Origin: Candidatus Hermodarchaeota archaeon
GTDB taxonomy: Archaea; Asgardarchaeota; Hermodarchaeia; Hermodarchaeales; Hermodarchaeaceae
Assembly: GCA_016839365.1 (NCBI GenBank)
Contig: JAEOUH010000047.1
Location: 1-64,000, forward strand
Length of the DNA: 64,000 nt
Direction of reading: 5' to 3'
Shown here: one piece after another, positions 9,690-19,581 of the stretch
How the letters are laid out: each line of letters starts with the position of its first letter
Position numbering within the stretch: the first letter of the stretch is position 1
Notes under the pieces: generated by a model
Told to the model about the DNA's origin: nothing
What the model saw: the letters and a program-made list of their open reading frames with translations, nothing else
Databases searched by the model: none
Made by a program: the position numbers and the translations under genes

Positions 9690-10192
9690 TTTTTCGCTCC
9701 TCCGGTGATGATGTGAAGATAATCAGCAGCTTTCTTGACACCCTTTTTCCGAAGTCGGTCGGTTAATTCATTCGGTTCCAAGTATAGCAGAGCACCTCTG
9801 GGGCAAAATTGTGCACACATTGCATATCCTTCACACAAATCGCATTTGACGGTGCGACCATCAGCTACATCAATATGAATCCCACCAAATGGACAAGCGA
9901 TTAGACATTGGTGGCAGCCAATACAGTTGTCTTGGTTGATACAAACCGCATTGGTTTTAGCATCGCGATAGATGGCATCAGCAGGGCAGCTTTCCATACA
10001 TAGGGGGGTATCGCAATGCTGGCAGATAACTGGGATGTTAATTCCGTTTTTTTCGTTACGTATAATTGTTAGAAGCGCCCTGGAGGGGTTGTATTCCTGG
10101 TTATGATGAAAAGAACAAACGAGGGTACATATTCCACAGCCGGTACAATTTTCCGGGTCAACGACAAGAACCTTATGAGCCGATTTGATCAT
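9686..10192 (-). CDS. 4Fe-4S dicluster protein (AOR-associated)
   Basis: Four Cys clusters, KCDLC; overlaps the AOR start. Confidence 0.9.
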   Translation of the reverse strand: MIKSAHKVLVVDPENCTGCGICTLVCSFHHNQEYNPSRALLTIIRNEKNGINIPVICQHCDTPLCMESCPADAIYRDAKTNAVCINQDNCIGCHQCLIACPFGGIHIDVADGRTVKCDLCEGYAMCAQFCPRGALLYLEPNELTDRLRKKGVKKAADYLHIITGGAKK

Positions 10193-10286
10193 GAGAATAC
10201 ACGCCCTGGAAAATGAGGCATCGAAGCCTTAAAGGATTACTCGATTGTCATATTCATCTAAAATAACCTGTGTGGAGCGATTTCTG

Positions 10287-11618
10287 ATGCGTATCTTGAT
10301 AAAAAACGCCATGATTGTCACGATGGACGCCCAACGCCGAGTTCTGAAGAACTCGGATCTTCTTATTGATGGAACGAAAATCGTAGCAATTGATTCTCAA
10401 ATTAGGGAATCGGCTGACCTTGTGGTTGATGGAACGGGTCGGATGGTCCTGCCTGGATTCATTTGTGGGCATACCCACTTGTACGGTATCATGCTCCGTG
10501 GCGCCCCGCTGGATGTTAAACCGACAACTGATTTTCTTCAGATTCTCGACCGAATTTGGTGGAAAGTGGATTCGGCATTCGTAAATGAGGACGCCTACGC
10601 AAGTGCCCTTGCGTCCTGTTATGAGTTTATTCGCGGCGGAACCACCTGTTTTGCTGACACCTATTCTGGACCTGGTTCCATTGAAGGTGTGCTAGATGCG
10701 ATATCCAAAGGCGTCATCCAAGCGGGAATGCGAGGAATTCTAGCCTTCGAAGCCACTGAACGTAATTCGAAAGAAGAAGGAGAGCGAGGGCTCAAGGAAA
10801 ATATTCACTTTCTCAACAAGCTCCAAAAAACTCCAAATGACCTACTTTGGGGAATGTACAGTTTGCACGCATCCTTTACCCTTAGTGATGAGTTAATACA
10901 GAAAACACGAGAGCAAGCCGACAGACTCCCTGCACCTCTTACTATCCATACAAGTGAAGGGCTGATTGATGTCTACCACAATATCGAGCGCTATGATAAA
11001 CGAACCGTCGAACGGCTTTTCGATCTTGGAGTGCTCGGACCTGACGTGATTCTTGCTCATTGTGTGCATGTGAACCAAGATGAATTGAAGCTAATCAAGG
11101 CTAGCGGAGCAAAAGTCGCTCATAATCCCATGAGTAACATGAACAATGCCGTCGGAGTAAGCCCCCTGAAGGAAATGTATGAGCTGGGAATTCCAGTGTG
11201 TTTGGGGAATGATGGGTTCATCTTCGATGCTATCGAGAATATCCGCTCCGCCTATCTCATTCATAAAGTGCATCACCTTGACACACGTGTGACAACTCCA
11301 CAACAAGTGATTGAGATGGCAACCATCAATGGAGCCCAAGCCTATGGTCTTGAAGATAAACTAGGATCTCTTGAACCTGGAAAACTAGCGGATTTGGTTG
11401 TGATTCATCCCAACCCTAGGATTACTCCGATTTTACCAGAAGGGGTATACGGGTATATTGTCTACGGCTGTACTGCAAATGAGGTTGAGCATGTTTTTGT
11501 GAACGGGAGGCAAGTTGTTGAAAACCATCAGGTCGTATCGGTAGAATCTGAGGTTGTTAAGAAGGCTCTTGAAGGTGTCGTACCAATCTTGTGGGAAAAA
11601 CTTGGGATCAAATGTTAG
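10287..11618 (+). CDS. Amidohydrolase, SsnA-like
   Basis: PGFICGHTHLY, IWWKVD, HASFT, HTSEG, AHCVH, HNPMSNMN, GNDG; start set at MRILIK. Confidence 0.85.
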   Translation: MRILIKNAMIVTMDAQRRVLKNSDLLIDGTKIVAIDSQIRESADLVVDGTGRMVLPGFICGHTHLYGIMLRGAPLDVKPTTDFLQILDRIWWKVDSAFVNEDAYASALASCYEFIRGGTTCFADTYSGPGSIEGVLDAISKGVIQAGMRGILAFEATERNSKEEGERGLKENIHFLNKLQKTPNDLLWGMYSLHASFTLSDELIQKTREQADRLPAPLTIHTSEGLIDVYHNIERYDKRTVERLFDLGVLGPDVILAHCVHVNQDELKLIKASGAKVAHNPMSNMNNAVGVSPLKEMYELGIPVCLGNDGFIFDAIENIRSAYLIHKVHHLDTRVTTPQQVIEMATINGAQAYGLEDKLGSLEPGKLADLVVIHPNPRITPILPEGVYGYIVYGCTANEVEHVFVNGRQVVENHQVVSVESEVVKKALEGVVPILWEKLGIKC

Positions 11619-11902
11619 TGGACACCACCCGCTACTGGTGGAAATAACGCCACAACATCACCATCTGTTAGCGGCGTATCTAACCCCTGAAGGACATGAA
11701 GTCCGCGACCATTAACAAGGATTTTGATATAGCGACGCAATTGGCCTTCTTCGGTAAAGACAGTGTTGCAAAACTTAGTACCCTGCTCCTCGCAAAGTTG
11801 GTTTAAAAGATCACTTATAGTATGGCCTTTGAAATTCACGGTAAGTTGCTGAAAGCCAAATTTTTCAGTATAGGGTCCAATTGTCCGTACGACCACAAGC
11901 AT
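11615..11902 (-). CDS. MoaD/ThiS/SAMP ubiquitin-like protein
   Basis: ILVNGR...GDVVALFPPVAGG-VH; start set at MLVVVR. Confidence 0.85.
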   Translation of the reverse strand: MLVVVRTIGPYTEKFGFQQLTVNFKGHTISDLLNQLCEEQGTKFCNTVFTEEGQLRRYIKILVNGRGLHVLQGLDTPLTDGDVVALFPPVAGGVH

Positions 11903-12005
11903 GACACGAATTTTCTCTACACAATTGAAAAACCTGCTGGTGGCTTTATTAACTGCAAAGTCCAATCCTTAAGAAGAATCAAAAGTAAATGCGGAGTTAA
12001 TTCCG

Positions 12006-13397
12006 ATGACCGATTTGATTATCGACGGGGCAACCGTTATCACAATGGACACGCAACGCCGGATTCTGACTGATGGAGCCGTGGCTGTAGAAGATCAGCG
12101 TATCATCGCTGTTGGAAAAAGCCATGAAATCAAACAGAAATTCAGTGCTGAAACTCGAATATCAGGAAGAAACAAGATTCTCATTCCTGGTTTGATTGAT
12201 TGTCATGTCCATCTTGCCCAGGCTATGATTCGTGGTACGGCCGATGACGTGGACCTCATTCCCTGGTTGAGGGATTACGTTTGGGTGCTTCAAGGAAATT
12301 ATACGCCGGAAGATGGGAGGGTTAGTGCTGAGTTATGCATTGCTGAGATGTTGAAATCAGGCACGACGAGTTTTCTTGAAAGTATGATTCATAAACGGTA
12401 CGGAATGGACGGGATTGCTCAGGTTGTCGAACGAACGGGAATTCGCGGGTGTTTGTCAAAGCTCTTCATGGATTGGACGGGCTACGCAGACGAAGAGGCC
12501 ATAATGTATGAAGGGATGATTGAAGATCCTCAGGAATGCATTGCAGAAACCTTGTCCATGCATAATAAATGGCAGGGAGCGGCTGATGGGCGTGTTTTCA
12601 TTTGGTGGGGAGCCCGTACTCCCGGTGCTGTTAGTCCTGAATTATATCGCCAAGTCGCAGACCTTGCCCGGAAACGTCATATGGGTATTACCATGCATCT
12701 TGGTGAAGTGAAAGAGGACGTTGAGTACACCAAATCGCAATTTAATCAATCCCCCGCTGAGTTTGCCCGAGATGTTGGGATGATGGGAAAGAATGTTGTT
12801 TTGGTACATGGGGTATGGATTACCCCAGAAGAGTTTCCGATTTACGTTGAGACGGGAACCCATATGTGCCATTGTCCTGCAAGTAACGCCAAGCTAGCGT
12901 CGGGTATTGCTCTTATTCCTGAAATGTTAGAGGCAGGAATCAATGTTTGTTTAGGTTGTGATGGTGGACCAAGCAATAACGCCTATGATATGTTTCGGGA
13001 AATGTTTCTTGCGGCAGTAATCCACAAAGCCCGAACCTTAGATCCCTTGACAATGCCCGCAGAAACGGTGTTGGAAATGGCGACTATTAATGGCGCTAAA
13101 GCTCTTGGGCTAGAGAAGGACATAGGTAGTATCGAGGTGGGTAAGAAAGCGGATTTAGTTCTTGTTAACACAACCCAACTGAACCTTGCACCTACCTATA
13201 ATCCCGTCAGCAACATCATTTATGCAGCCAATGGGTTCAATGTTAACACCACCATCGTGAATGGGCAGATCTTGGTACATGAAGGGAAACTCATGACCTT
13301 GGATGAAGAGAAGGTCATTGAAACCGCCCGAGAACGAGGACAAAAACTGCTGGAACGAGCAGATGTGAAGATTCAAAGTCGATGGCAAAGAGATTAA
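12006..13397 (+). CDS. Amidohydrolase (MTA/SAH deaminase / AtzA-like family)
   Basis: PGLIDCHVH, MHLGE, HCPASNAKLASG, GCDG, MATINGAKALG. Confidence 0.88.
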   Translation: MTDLIIDGATVITMDTQRRILTDGAVAVEDQRIIAVGKSHEIKQKFSAETRISGRNKILIPGLIDCHVHLAQAMIRGTADDVDLIPWLRDYVWVLQGNYTPEDGRVSAELCIAEMLKSGTTSFLESMIHKRYGMDGIAQVVERTGIRGCLSKLFMDWTGYADEEAIMYEGMIEDPQECIAETLSMHNKWQGAADGRVFIWWGARTPGAVSPELYRQVADLARKRHMGITMHLGEVKEDVEYTKSQFNQSPAEFARDVGMMGKNVVLVHGVWITPEEFPIYVETGTHMCHCPASNAKLASGIALIPEMLEAGINVCLGCDGGPSNNAYDMFREMFLAAVIHKARTLDPLTMPAETVLEMATINGAKALGLEKDIGSIEVGKKADLVLVNTTQLNLAPTYNPVSNIIYAANGFNVNTTIVNGQILVHEGKLMTLDEEKVIETARERGQKLLERADVKIQSRWQRD

Positions 13398-13441
13398 AAG
13401 CGCATTCGGTTTTATGCGCAGTTAAGTAAGGTGACTCTAAA

Positions 13442-14509
13442 ATGGGTTCAGATATTGTTGGTAAATATCACGGTCGTGACTGGTTGACTATCCAAGAATG
13501 GAGCCAAGAAGAACTGCAATCGCTCATCAATGCAGCAATTGAGATTAAGAAGCTTCAAAAAGCAAAAAAACCTCACGACTATTTACTCAGGCAAACCCTG
13601 TTCATGATTTTCTTTAATCGATCCTTGCGTACGCGAAATTCCTTCGAGGCGGGTATGACTCAAATGGGGGGACACGCCCATTTCCTTTCACCACAAGATG
13701 TCTATCGCCCTGCCTTGCCAGATGATGAAGAAGCCTATTCAAGTGAACGAATCTCGGATGTGGCAAGAGTGCTAGCCCGTATGGGTGACGCGATCGCTAT
13801 TCGAATATACGGGTCTCATGCAAAGTGGATCTATGGTCGTGGTCATCGCATCCTCAGAGAATTTGCTAAGTGGTCTGAGGTTCCAATCATCAACATGGAA
13901 GATGATGTCTATCATCCTTGCCAAGCCATGGCCGATATGCAGGCCATTCAGGAGCATTCTCGCAATGTTCAGGGAAAGAAGTTTGTCATGAGTTGGGCTT
14001 ACAGTCCAAGTACTCAAAAACCCCTTGCAGTACCCCAAAGTGGTATTCTAATGGGAACGAAATGGGGAATGGATACTGTCCTTGCACACCCGAAGGGTTT
14101 CGAACTTGACCCCAAAATCCTTGAGATGTGCGAAAAGAACGTAGCAGAATATGGCGGCTCCTTCGAAATAACTAATGACATGGAAGCAGCTTTTGCAGGT
14201 GCCCATTACGTGTATCCAAAATGCTGGACAAGCAAGCATCATATTCCCCCCATTGCCCCTGCAGAAGATTGGGAGGGCGCTCAGAAGCTTTTCGATGCCA
14301 ATAAGGATTGGATAGCTACACCTGAGAAAATGGAACTAGGTGCAAAAGATGTCAAATACATGCATTGTTTACCAGCCGACCGTGGATTCGAAGTGGTCGA
14401 TGAAGTAATCGATGGAAAGTGGAGTATCGCCTTTGATGAAGCCGAAAATCGACTTCACGCACAAAAGGCCATTATGGCTGCGATTATGGGTGAACCCAAA
14501 ACCCGATAA
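13442..14509 (+). CDS. Carbamoyltransferase, YgeW-like (knotted OTC/ATC superfamily)
   Basis: SLRTR, HPCQ, SWAYSPSTQKPLAVPQ (YgeW-like), HCLPADRG, EAENRLH. Confidence 0.85.
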   Translation: MGSDIVGKYHGRDWLTIQEWSQEELQSLINAAIEIKKLQKAKKPHDYLLRQTLFMIFFNRSLRTRNSFEAGMTQMGGHAHFLSPQDVYRPALPDDEEAYSSERISDVARVLARMGDAIAIRIYGSHAKWIYGRGHRILREFAKWSEVPIINMEDDVYHPCQAMADMQAIQEHSRNVQGKKFVMSWAYSPSTQKPLAVPQSGILMGTKWGMDTVLAHPKGFELDPKILEMCEKNVAEYGGSFEITNDMEAAFAGAHYVYPKCWTSKHHIPPIAPAEDWEGAQKLFDANKDWIATPEKMELGAKDVKYMHCLPADRGFEVVDEVIDGKWSIAFDEAENRLHAQKAIMAAIMGEPKTR

Positions 14510-14518
14510 TTCAAACCT

Positions 14519-15538
14519 TTAGAGCAGGTTCTCATCACTCATTACGAGCGAAAGCAGTCCCTTTTGAAGATGCAGTCGATTCTCCGCTTGATCGAAGATG
14601 ACACTTTGAGAGCTATCAACGACTTCATCTGTCGCCTCTTCACCTCGGAAGACGGGGAGACAGTGCATGAAGATAGCGTCCTTGTTAGCTAGTTCCATGA
14701 GTTCAGAATTACAGATCCAGTCACGATATTTTTCGTGGAGTTTGGCTTCGCGGTCTTCTCCCCATTTATCAATGCCCACAGCTGAGCACTCTGCGCTCAT
14801 CCATGAGCGAGGATAGATGACATGTGCCCCCGAATAAGCTTCCTTGATGTCATTGGTGATGGAAAATCCGCCACCTGATTCATTAGCATTTTGATGGCAC
14901 CAGTCCATAATCTCGGGATCTAATTCAAAGCCAGGAGGGTGTGCAAGGACAGTATCCATTCCAAACCGAGTTGCGGTCAATACCGCACTCTGCACGCTAC
15001 ACCAAGAACGGGAATGGCGACTATATGCCCATGAGAAGACGAATTTCTTGCCCTGAATTTTTGGGAAATTCTCCTGTACTGTCATGAGATCAGTCAGCGA
15101 TTGGCACGGATGGAACTTATCATCGGCCATATTGATTATAGGGATAGTTGACCATTTGGCGTATTCACGTAAGACTTGATTTCCTCGCCCATATACATAG
15201 CCAACTGCTTTTTCGAGGATACGGATGCCAATACCGTGACCATATCGAGCGAGCGTATTAGCTGTGTCTTTGACACTTTCACCCTCGCCTAGCCGCATAG
15301 CACCTGGCTCAAGGAATTGGGCGTGCCCGCCAAGTTCCGTTAGTGCGGCTTCGAAACTTGCCCGGGTTCGTGTGCTTGTATTGTAGAATAGCATGAAAAA
15401 GGTCTTATCAGACAAAAGGTGAGGAGATTTTCCCGCTTTCGTCTTTTTCTTTAAGTCTTTTGAGAATTCGAGAACGGCTTCGAGTTCTTCTCGTGTCCAC
15501 TCTTGAGTGGTAATCATATCTCTGCCACGTAAATCCAT
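14519..15538 (-). CDS. Carbamoyltransferase (OTC/YgeW-like paralog)
   Basis: STRTR, HPCQ, SWAYS, HCLP, QAENRLH. Confidence 0.85.
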   Translation of the reverse strand: MDLRGRDMITTQEWTREELEAVLEFSKDLKKKTKAGKSPHLLSDKTFFMLFYNTSTRTRASFEAALTELGGHAQFLEPGAMRLGEGESVKDTANTLARYGHGIGIRILEKAVGYVYGRGNQVLREYAKWSTIPIINMADDKFHPCQSLTDLMTVQENFPKIQGKKFVFSWAYSRHSRSWCSVQSAVLTATRFGMDTVLAHPPGFELDPEIMDWCHQNANESGGGFSITNDIKEAYSGAHVIYPRSWMSAECSAVGIDKWGEDREAKLHEKYRDWICNSELMELANKDAIFMHCLPVFRGEEATDEVVDSSQSVIFDQAENRLHLQKGLLSLVMSDENLL

Positions 15539-15629
15539 CTTCCACAACCTCAGGTTCTACTTATGTGGATGCGGTGGTGGCAAAACCTTTTGAAGCTTTC
15601 GAGAAGACGCTATCGAGAAGGTATGCACC

Positions 15630-16400
15630 GTGAAGTATTTTGATACCCATTCGCATTTGGAGATGCCGCGACTTTACCCACAGGTAGATAAAATCGTAAG
15701 TCGGGCCAAAGAGGCAGGGGTAATTGGAGTAGTTGTTAGTGCTATTGAGCCAAAATTCTATCCAAAGGCGATGGACTTGAAACAACGATTTCCAGGATTC
15801 ATTTGGCCTACCTTTGGTCTCCACCCACCAAGAGCGACACCTCAGATGGTGAAACGGACAATTAGGGCCATCCGTACTCACGCAGAAGAGATTGTAGCAA
15901 TAGGAGAGGTAGGATTAGATTACTATTGGGTGAAAGACTCGACAGAGCGGAATTATCAGAAGACTGCGTTTGTAGAGTTCATTCATCTCGCTAAAGAACT
16001 GAATTTACCGTTAGTCGTACACTCACGTGATGCTGAGGCAGATGCGATGCAGATTTTACGTGAGCAGCAGATGTTTGATGTGCAGTTACATTGCTTTAAT
16101 GATCCTCAACAAGTTCGACAAGCAGCAGACGCCAACTTCTTCATGAGTGTCCCAACAAGTGTCGTTTTACGTCAACGTATGCAGCGTATTGCGAAAGAGA
16201 TGCCGATAGAGAATATGCTCTTAGAAACTGATGCACCTTATCTGTCTCCTGTTCCAAAACAAACTAATGAGCCAGCAAATCTCCCACAGGCTGCTGTCAA
16301 AATTGCTGAACTCAAGGGCACAACACCTGAAACGATTGCGGTTACAACAACCAAAAATGCTCTAAATTTCTTGCAATTACTTAATCTCTATACAGGGTAG
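15630..16400 (+). CDS. tatD: TatD family nuclease
   Basis: DTHSH, GLHP, IGEVGLDY, HSR, HCF, LETDAP. Confidence 0.92.
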   Translation: MKYFDTHSHLEMPRLYPQVDKIVSRAKEAGVIGVVVSAIEPKFYPKAMDLKQRFPGFIWPTFGLHPPRATPQMVKRTIRAIRTHAEEIVAIGEVGLDYYWVKDSTERNYQKTAFVEFIHLAKELNLPLVVHSRDAEADAMQILREQQMFDVQLHCFNDPQQVRQAADANFFMSVPTSVVLRQRMQRIAKEMPIENMLLETDAPYLSPVPKQTNEPANLPQAAVKIAELKGTTPETIAVTTTKNALNFLQLLNLYTG

Positions 16401-16418
16401 AAGCAATGATTCGGACTT

Positions 16419-18245
16419 CTATCGTACTGTAAGGGTCTTGCTAATATTCCGAGGATAATCAGGATCGATATCCTTGTATGTTGCTAAATGATAGGCCAGA
16501 AGTTGGAGGGGGATTGCTTGAAGGATTGGACTAAGGTTTTGGTTTGATTTCGGAACAGTAAGAAAATCTTCTTCGGTCACATAACGTCGGAGTAGCGGAT
16601 GGTCTTCGCCAGTGGCAATGATTCGGGCGCCACGGCATTCAACTTCAGCTAAGTGATTTACTATATGTTCTGCGTCGTCTGGTGCAATTGCGAAAATGAT
16701 GGGATAGCCTTTGTCGACGATGCTAAGCGGACCATGTTTGAATTCACTTGAGTACATACCATCTGCTACAATATAGCAAACCTCTTTGATTTTCAGGGCA
16801 CCTTCCAAAGCTACACCATGTGTCAGGCCATGGCCTAGCACGTAAAAGTGGGAGAATCTTGATAGATACGGAGCAAGCGATCTTGCTTTCAGAGTGGTTG
16901 TCGAAATGGTTTCTTCTATGAGAGGAGAAAGCTGGGTCTTCAAAGCATTTAGCTTAGATTCAGCTTGATTTTGGTTTAGAACGCCTTTCTTACGCCCCGC
17001 TTGGATTGCTAAAAAGTCAAAGAGGGTGACTTGGCTTGTGTAGGTTTTGGTGGCAGGAACGCTAATTTCAAAACCGGATCCTAAAGGCAGATAGAGATCA
17101 CTTAGATGAGTCAGGGTTGACCCTAACACGTTGACTACACCTAGGATTTTGGTGTTCTTTTTCAGTGAATGATGGACTGCATCAATAACATCCTTTGTTT
17201 CCCCACTTTGACTAACGCAGACAGCAACGTCTTTTTCACCAATGGATTCGCCATAAAGTGAAGTGAATTGACCCCCAATGACAGGAATGGCTGCAATGTT
17301 AGCTAATTCATTGAAGTAATAGCTTCCAACAACTGCTGCATGGTAACTGGAACCGCAAGCTATGAAAAAGACACGGTTAGCTTCGATGAGCGTGTCTACG
17401 AATTGACTGATGTAAGGTTCACGGATGGCGCTGAAGAGAGTGCGAGTCGCACTAACTTGTTCATGGATTTCCTTGAGCATAAAATGAGGATAACCACCCT
17501 TCTGAGCTACACGGATATCTGCATCAGAGGTGTATGGATTTCTTTCAATGACTGTACCTTTGGAGATACTGCGAATTTCAAGGGTTTCAGGTGTTAGAAT
17601 AATCATCTCACCGTCATGGATGTTCACAATTTCACGGGTGACAGGCAAAATGCTTGGTAAATCACTGCTTACACAGGTTTCCCCATCGCCGATACCAGCG
17701 AAAAGACTCGATCCCATCTTCACGGCATAGATTTTGTCGTCATCCCGGTGCATTACTGCAAATGCGTAATCCCCCTTTAGGTCACTACAACCTTTGCGAA
17801 TAGCATCGATCAGATCGCCCGACTGATCGTAGTATCTTTCCACAGCGTGTACACAAATCTCCCCATCGTTCATGCTGCGAACAATATGACCTTCTTCAGT
17901 GTATTGTTCCCGGAGGGGAAGGAAATTTAGGATGTTCCCATTATGTGCCGCACATAGGTCCTCATCACAGTCTAAATGAGGTTGAGCATTTAGTTTACTC
18001 GGAGCACCAAAGGTTGCCCATCGAAGTTGGGCAATTCCCTTTGATCCTGGCATCTCGCTGAGCCGGAGCTTTTCTGCTACTTCATCGAATTTTCCTTTGT
18101 CTTTGCGTAGATGAATCCGATTCTTAGCTACAGTAGCGATGCCGACAGTGTCATAACCACGGTAGGTGAGTTTCTCGGCACATTCGACGAGGATTTCGCC
18201 GATATCATTGCGTTTGTTGCTGGTTATTGCGAATATGCCGCACAC
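16419..18245 (-). CDS. glmS: Glutamine--fructose-6-phosphate transaminase
   Basis: N-terminal MCGI, YRGYD, RWAT, HNG, SQSGET, EFKHGP, PRNISKTLT. Confidence 0.92.
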   Translation of the reverse strand: MCGIFAITSNKRNDIGEILVECAEKLTYRGYDTVGIATVAKNRIHLRKDKGKFDEVAEKLRLSEMPGSKGIAQLRWATFGAPSKLNAQPHLDCDEDLCAAHNGNILNFLPLREQYTEEGHIVRSMNDGEICVHAVERYYDQSGDLIDAIRKGCSDLKGDYAFAVMHRDDDKIYAVKMGSSLFAGIGDGETCVSSDLPSILPVTREIVNIHDGEMIILTPETLEIRSISKGTVIERNPYTSDADIRVAQKGGYPHFMLKEIHEQVSATRTLFSAIREPYISQFVDTLIEANRVFFIACGSSYHAAVVGSYYFNELANIAAIPVIGGQFTSLYGESIGEKDVAVCVSQSGETKDVIDAVHHSLKKNTKILGVVNVLGSTLTHLSDLYLPLGSGFEISVPATKTYTSQVTLFDFLAIQAGRKKGVLNQNQAESKLNALKTQLSPLIEETISTTTLKARSLAPYLSRFSHFYVLGHGLTHGVALEGALKIKEVCYIVADGMYSSEFKHGPLSIVDKGYPIIFAIAPDDAEHIVNHLAEVECRGARIIATGEDHPLLRRYVTEEDFLTVPKSNQNLSPILQAIPLQLLAYHLATYKDIDPDYPRNISKTLTVR

Positions 18246-18316
18246 ACAATTTCGCTCCTTGTAATTGGCTTCACAGGCAAAATTCGTTTAACTGTGTTTC
18301 GTTATTGCATCATTTT

Positions 18317-19579
18317 CTATTTTTCAAGACCAAGCGCTTGACGAAGTTGGTTGAGATCTGGGTCAATGACTGGTGGTGTTAAAACTCGTTGAATGACTAT
18401 ATCTTGGTCTTTTAATCCGCTACCTGTTGCTTCAACTAGAATGCATTCCGAGGGGTCTTGAGTTCCTAATTCGAGTTGAACAAGTAGACCAGCGAGTCCA
18501 GTAACTCCGGAAGGCTCTGCAAAAATTCCTTCATACTTTGCGAGCAATTGTTGTGCATAAAGAATCTTGTCATCTTCAACCGCTATGGCAGAACCTTTCG
18601 AATCCCGTATTGCAGTAAGAGCAAGGTCACCATCCCAAGGTAAAGGATCACATAATCCTTCAGCGACGCTGTGAGGCGAGGCACAAGGGACAATCTTGAA
18701 AGGATCCTGATTAGTAAGGTACGCTTGAACAAGTGGAGCACATCCGGTGGCTTGAACAGCCAACATACGAGGATGACCCTTTACTAGCCCAAGTGTTTCA
18801 AAATCAGTGAAGCCACGCCATTGACCACCGAGTAGGCCCCCAGCACCCACTTGAACATAGGCTATGTCGGGCACATTCCAGTCGAGTTGTTCAATGATTT
18901 CGTATGCAAGGGTCTTCGGGCCTTCGGCTTGATATGGATTGAAAGGTCCAAAGCTTGGGCAAGGAGTCCACCCATAAGTGCCGCAGGCTTCCCGTAATAA
19001 TTTGACCGTTGGATCGTCCCCTTTGTGTAATCCACGGAGTCGTACAACTTTTGCTCCGTATAGGAGCAGTTGAGCGATTTTTCCCATGGGTGCAATATCC
19101 GGTACAAAACAATAGCAGGAAAACCCTGCACGGGCACAATATGCCGCCAAGGCGGCAGCTGCATTACCACTACTTGCCGAAGCAAGAGTTGTTGCACCGT
19201 GCTCTTTGGCTTTCGAAACACCAACAGTCATGGGGCGATCTTTGAATGACCATGTAGGATTTCGTGTTTCATCTTTAATGAAGAGCTCACGCAGCCCCAG
19301 GTGTTCAGCAAGGCGTTTGCTACGGAGGAGAGGCGTGCCGCCCTCACCAAGGCTGATTATGTTTGATTGATCTTTAACGGGAAGTAGTTCAGAGTAACTC
19401 CATACTCCAAGAGGGCGCCTAATCAATTCCCTCTTAGTTATGATTTCTTTGAGTTGTTCGAAATCGTAGTGGACATCAATACGTGCGTTACATTCGTGAG
19501 TTTTACAGAAAAGTGGATTCTGGGATTCTTCGTATTTGCTTCCACATTTTGGGCAACTGAGATGAGTTACATATGACAC
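18317..19579 (-). CDS. thrC: Threonine synthase
   Basis: LGEGGTPL, NPTWSFKDR, ASSGNAA, EPSG, TGSGLK. Confidence 0.88.
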   Translation of the reverse strand: MSYVTHLSCPKCGSKYEESQNPLFCKTHECNARIDVHYDFEQLKEIITKRELIRRPLGVWSYSELLPVKDQSNIISLGEGGTPLLRSKRLAEHLGLRELFIKDETRNPTWSFKDRPMTVGVSKAKEHGATTLASASSGNAAAALAAYCARAGFSCYCFVPDIAPMGKIAQLLLYGAKVVRLRGLHKGDDPTVKLLREACGTYGWTPCPSFGPFNPYQAEGPKTLAYEIIEQLDWNVPDIAYVQVGAGGLLGGQWRGFTDFETLGLVKGHPRMLAVQATGCAPLVQAYLTNQDPFKIVPCASPHSVAEGLCDPLPWDGDLALTAIRDSKGSAIAVEDDKILYAQQLLAKYEGIFAEPSGVTGLAGLLVQLELGTQDPSECILVEATGSGLKDQDIVIQRVLTPPVIDPDLNQLRQALGLEK

Positions 19580-19581
19580 GG

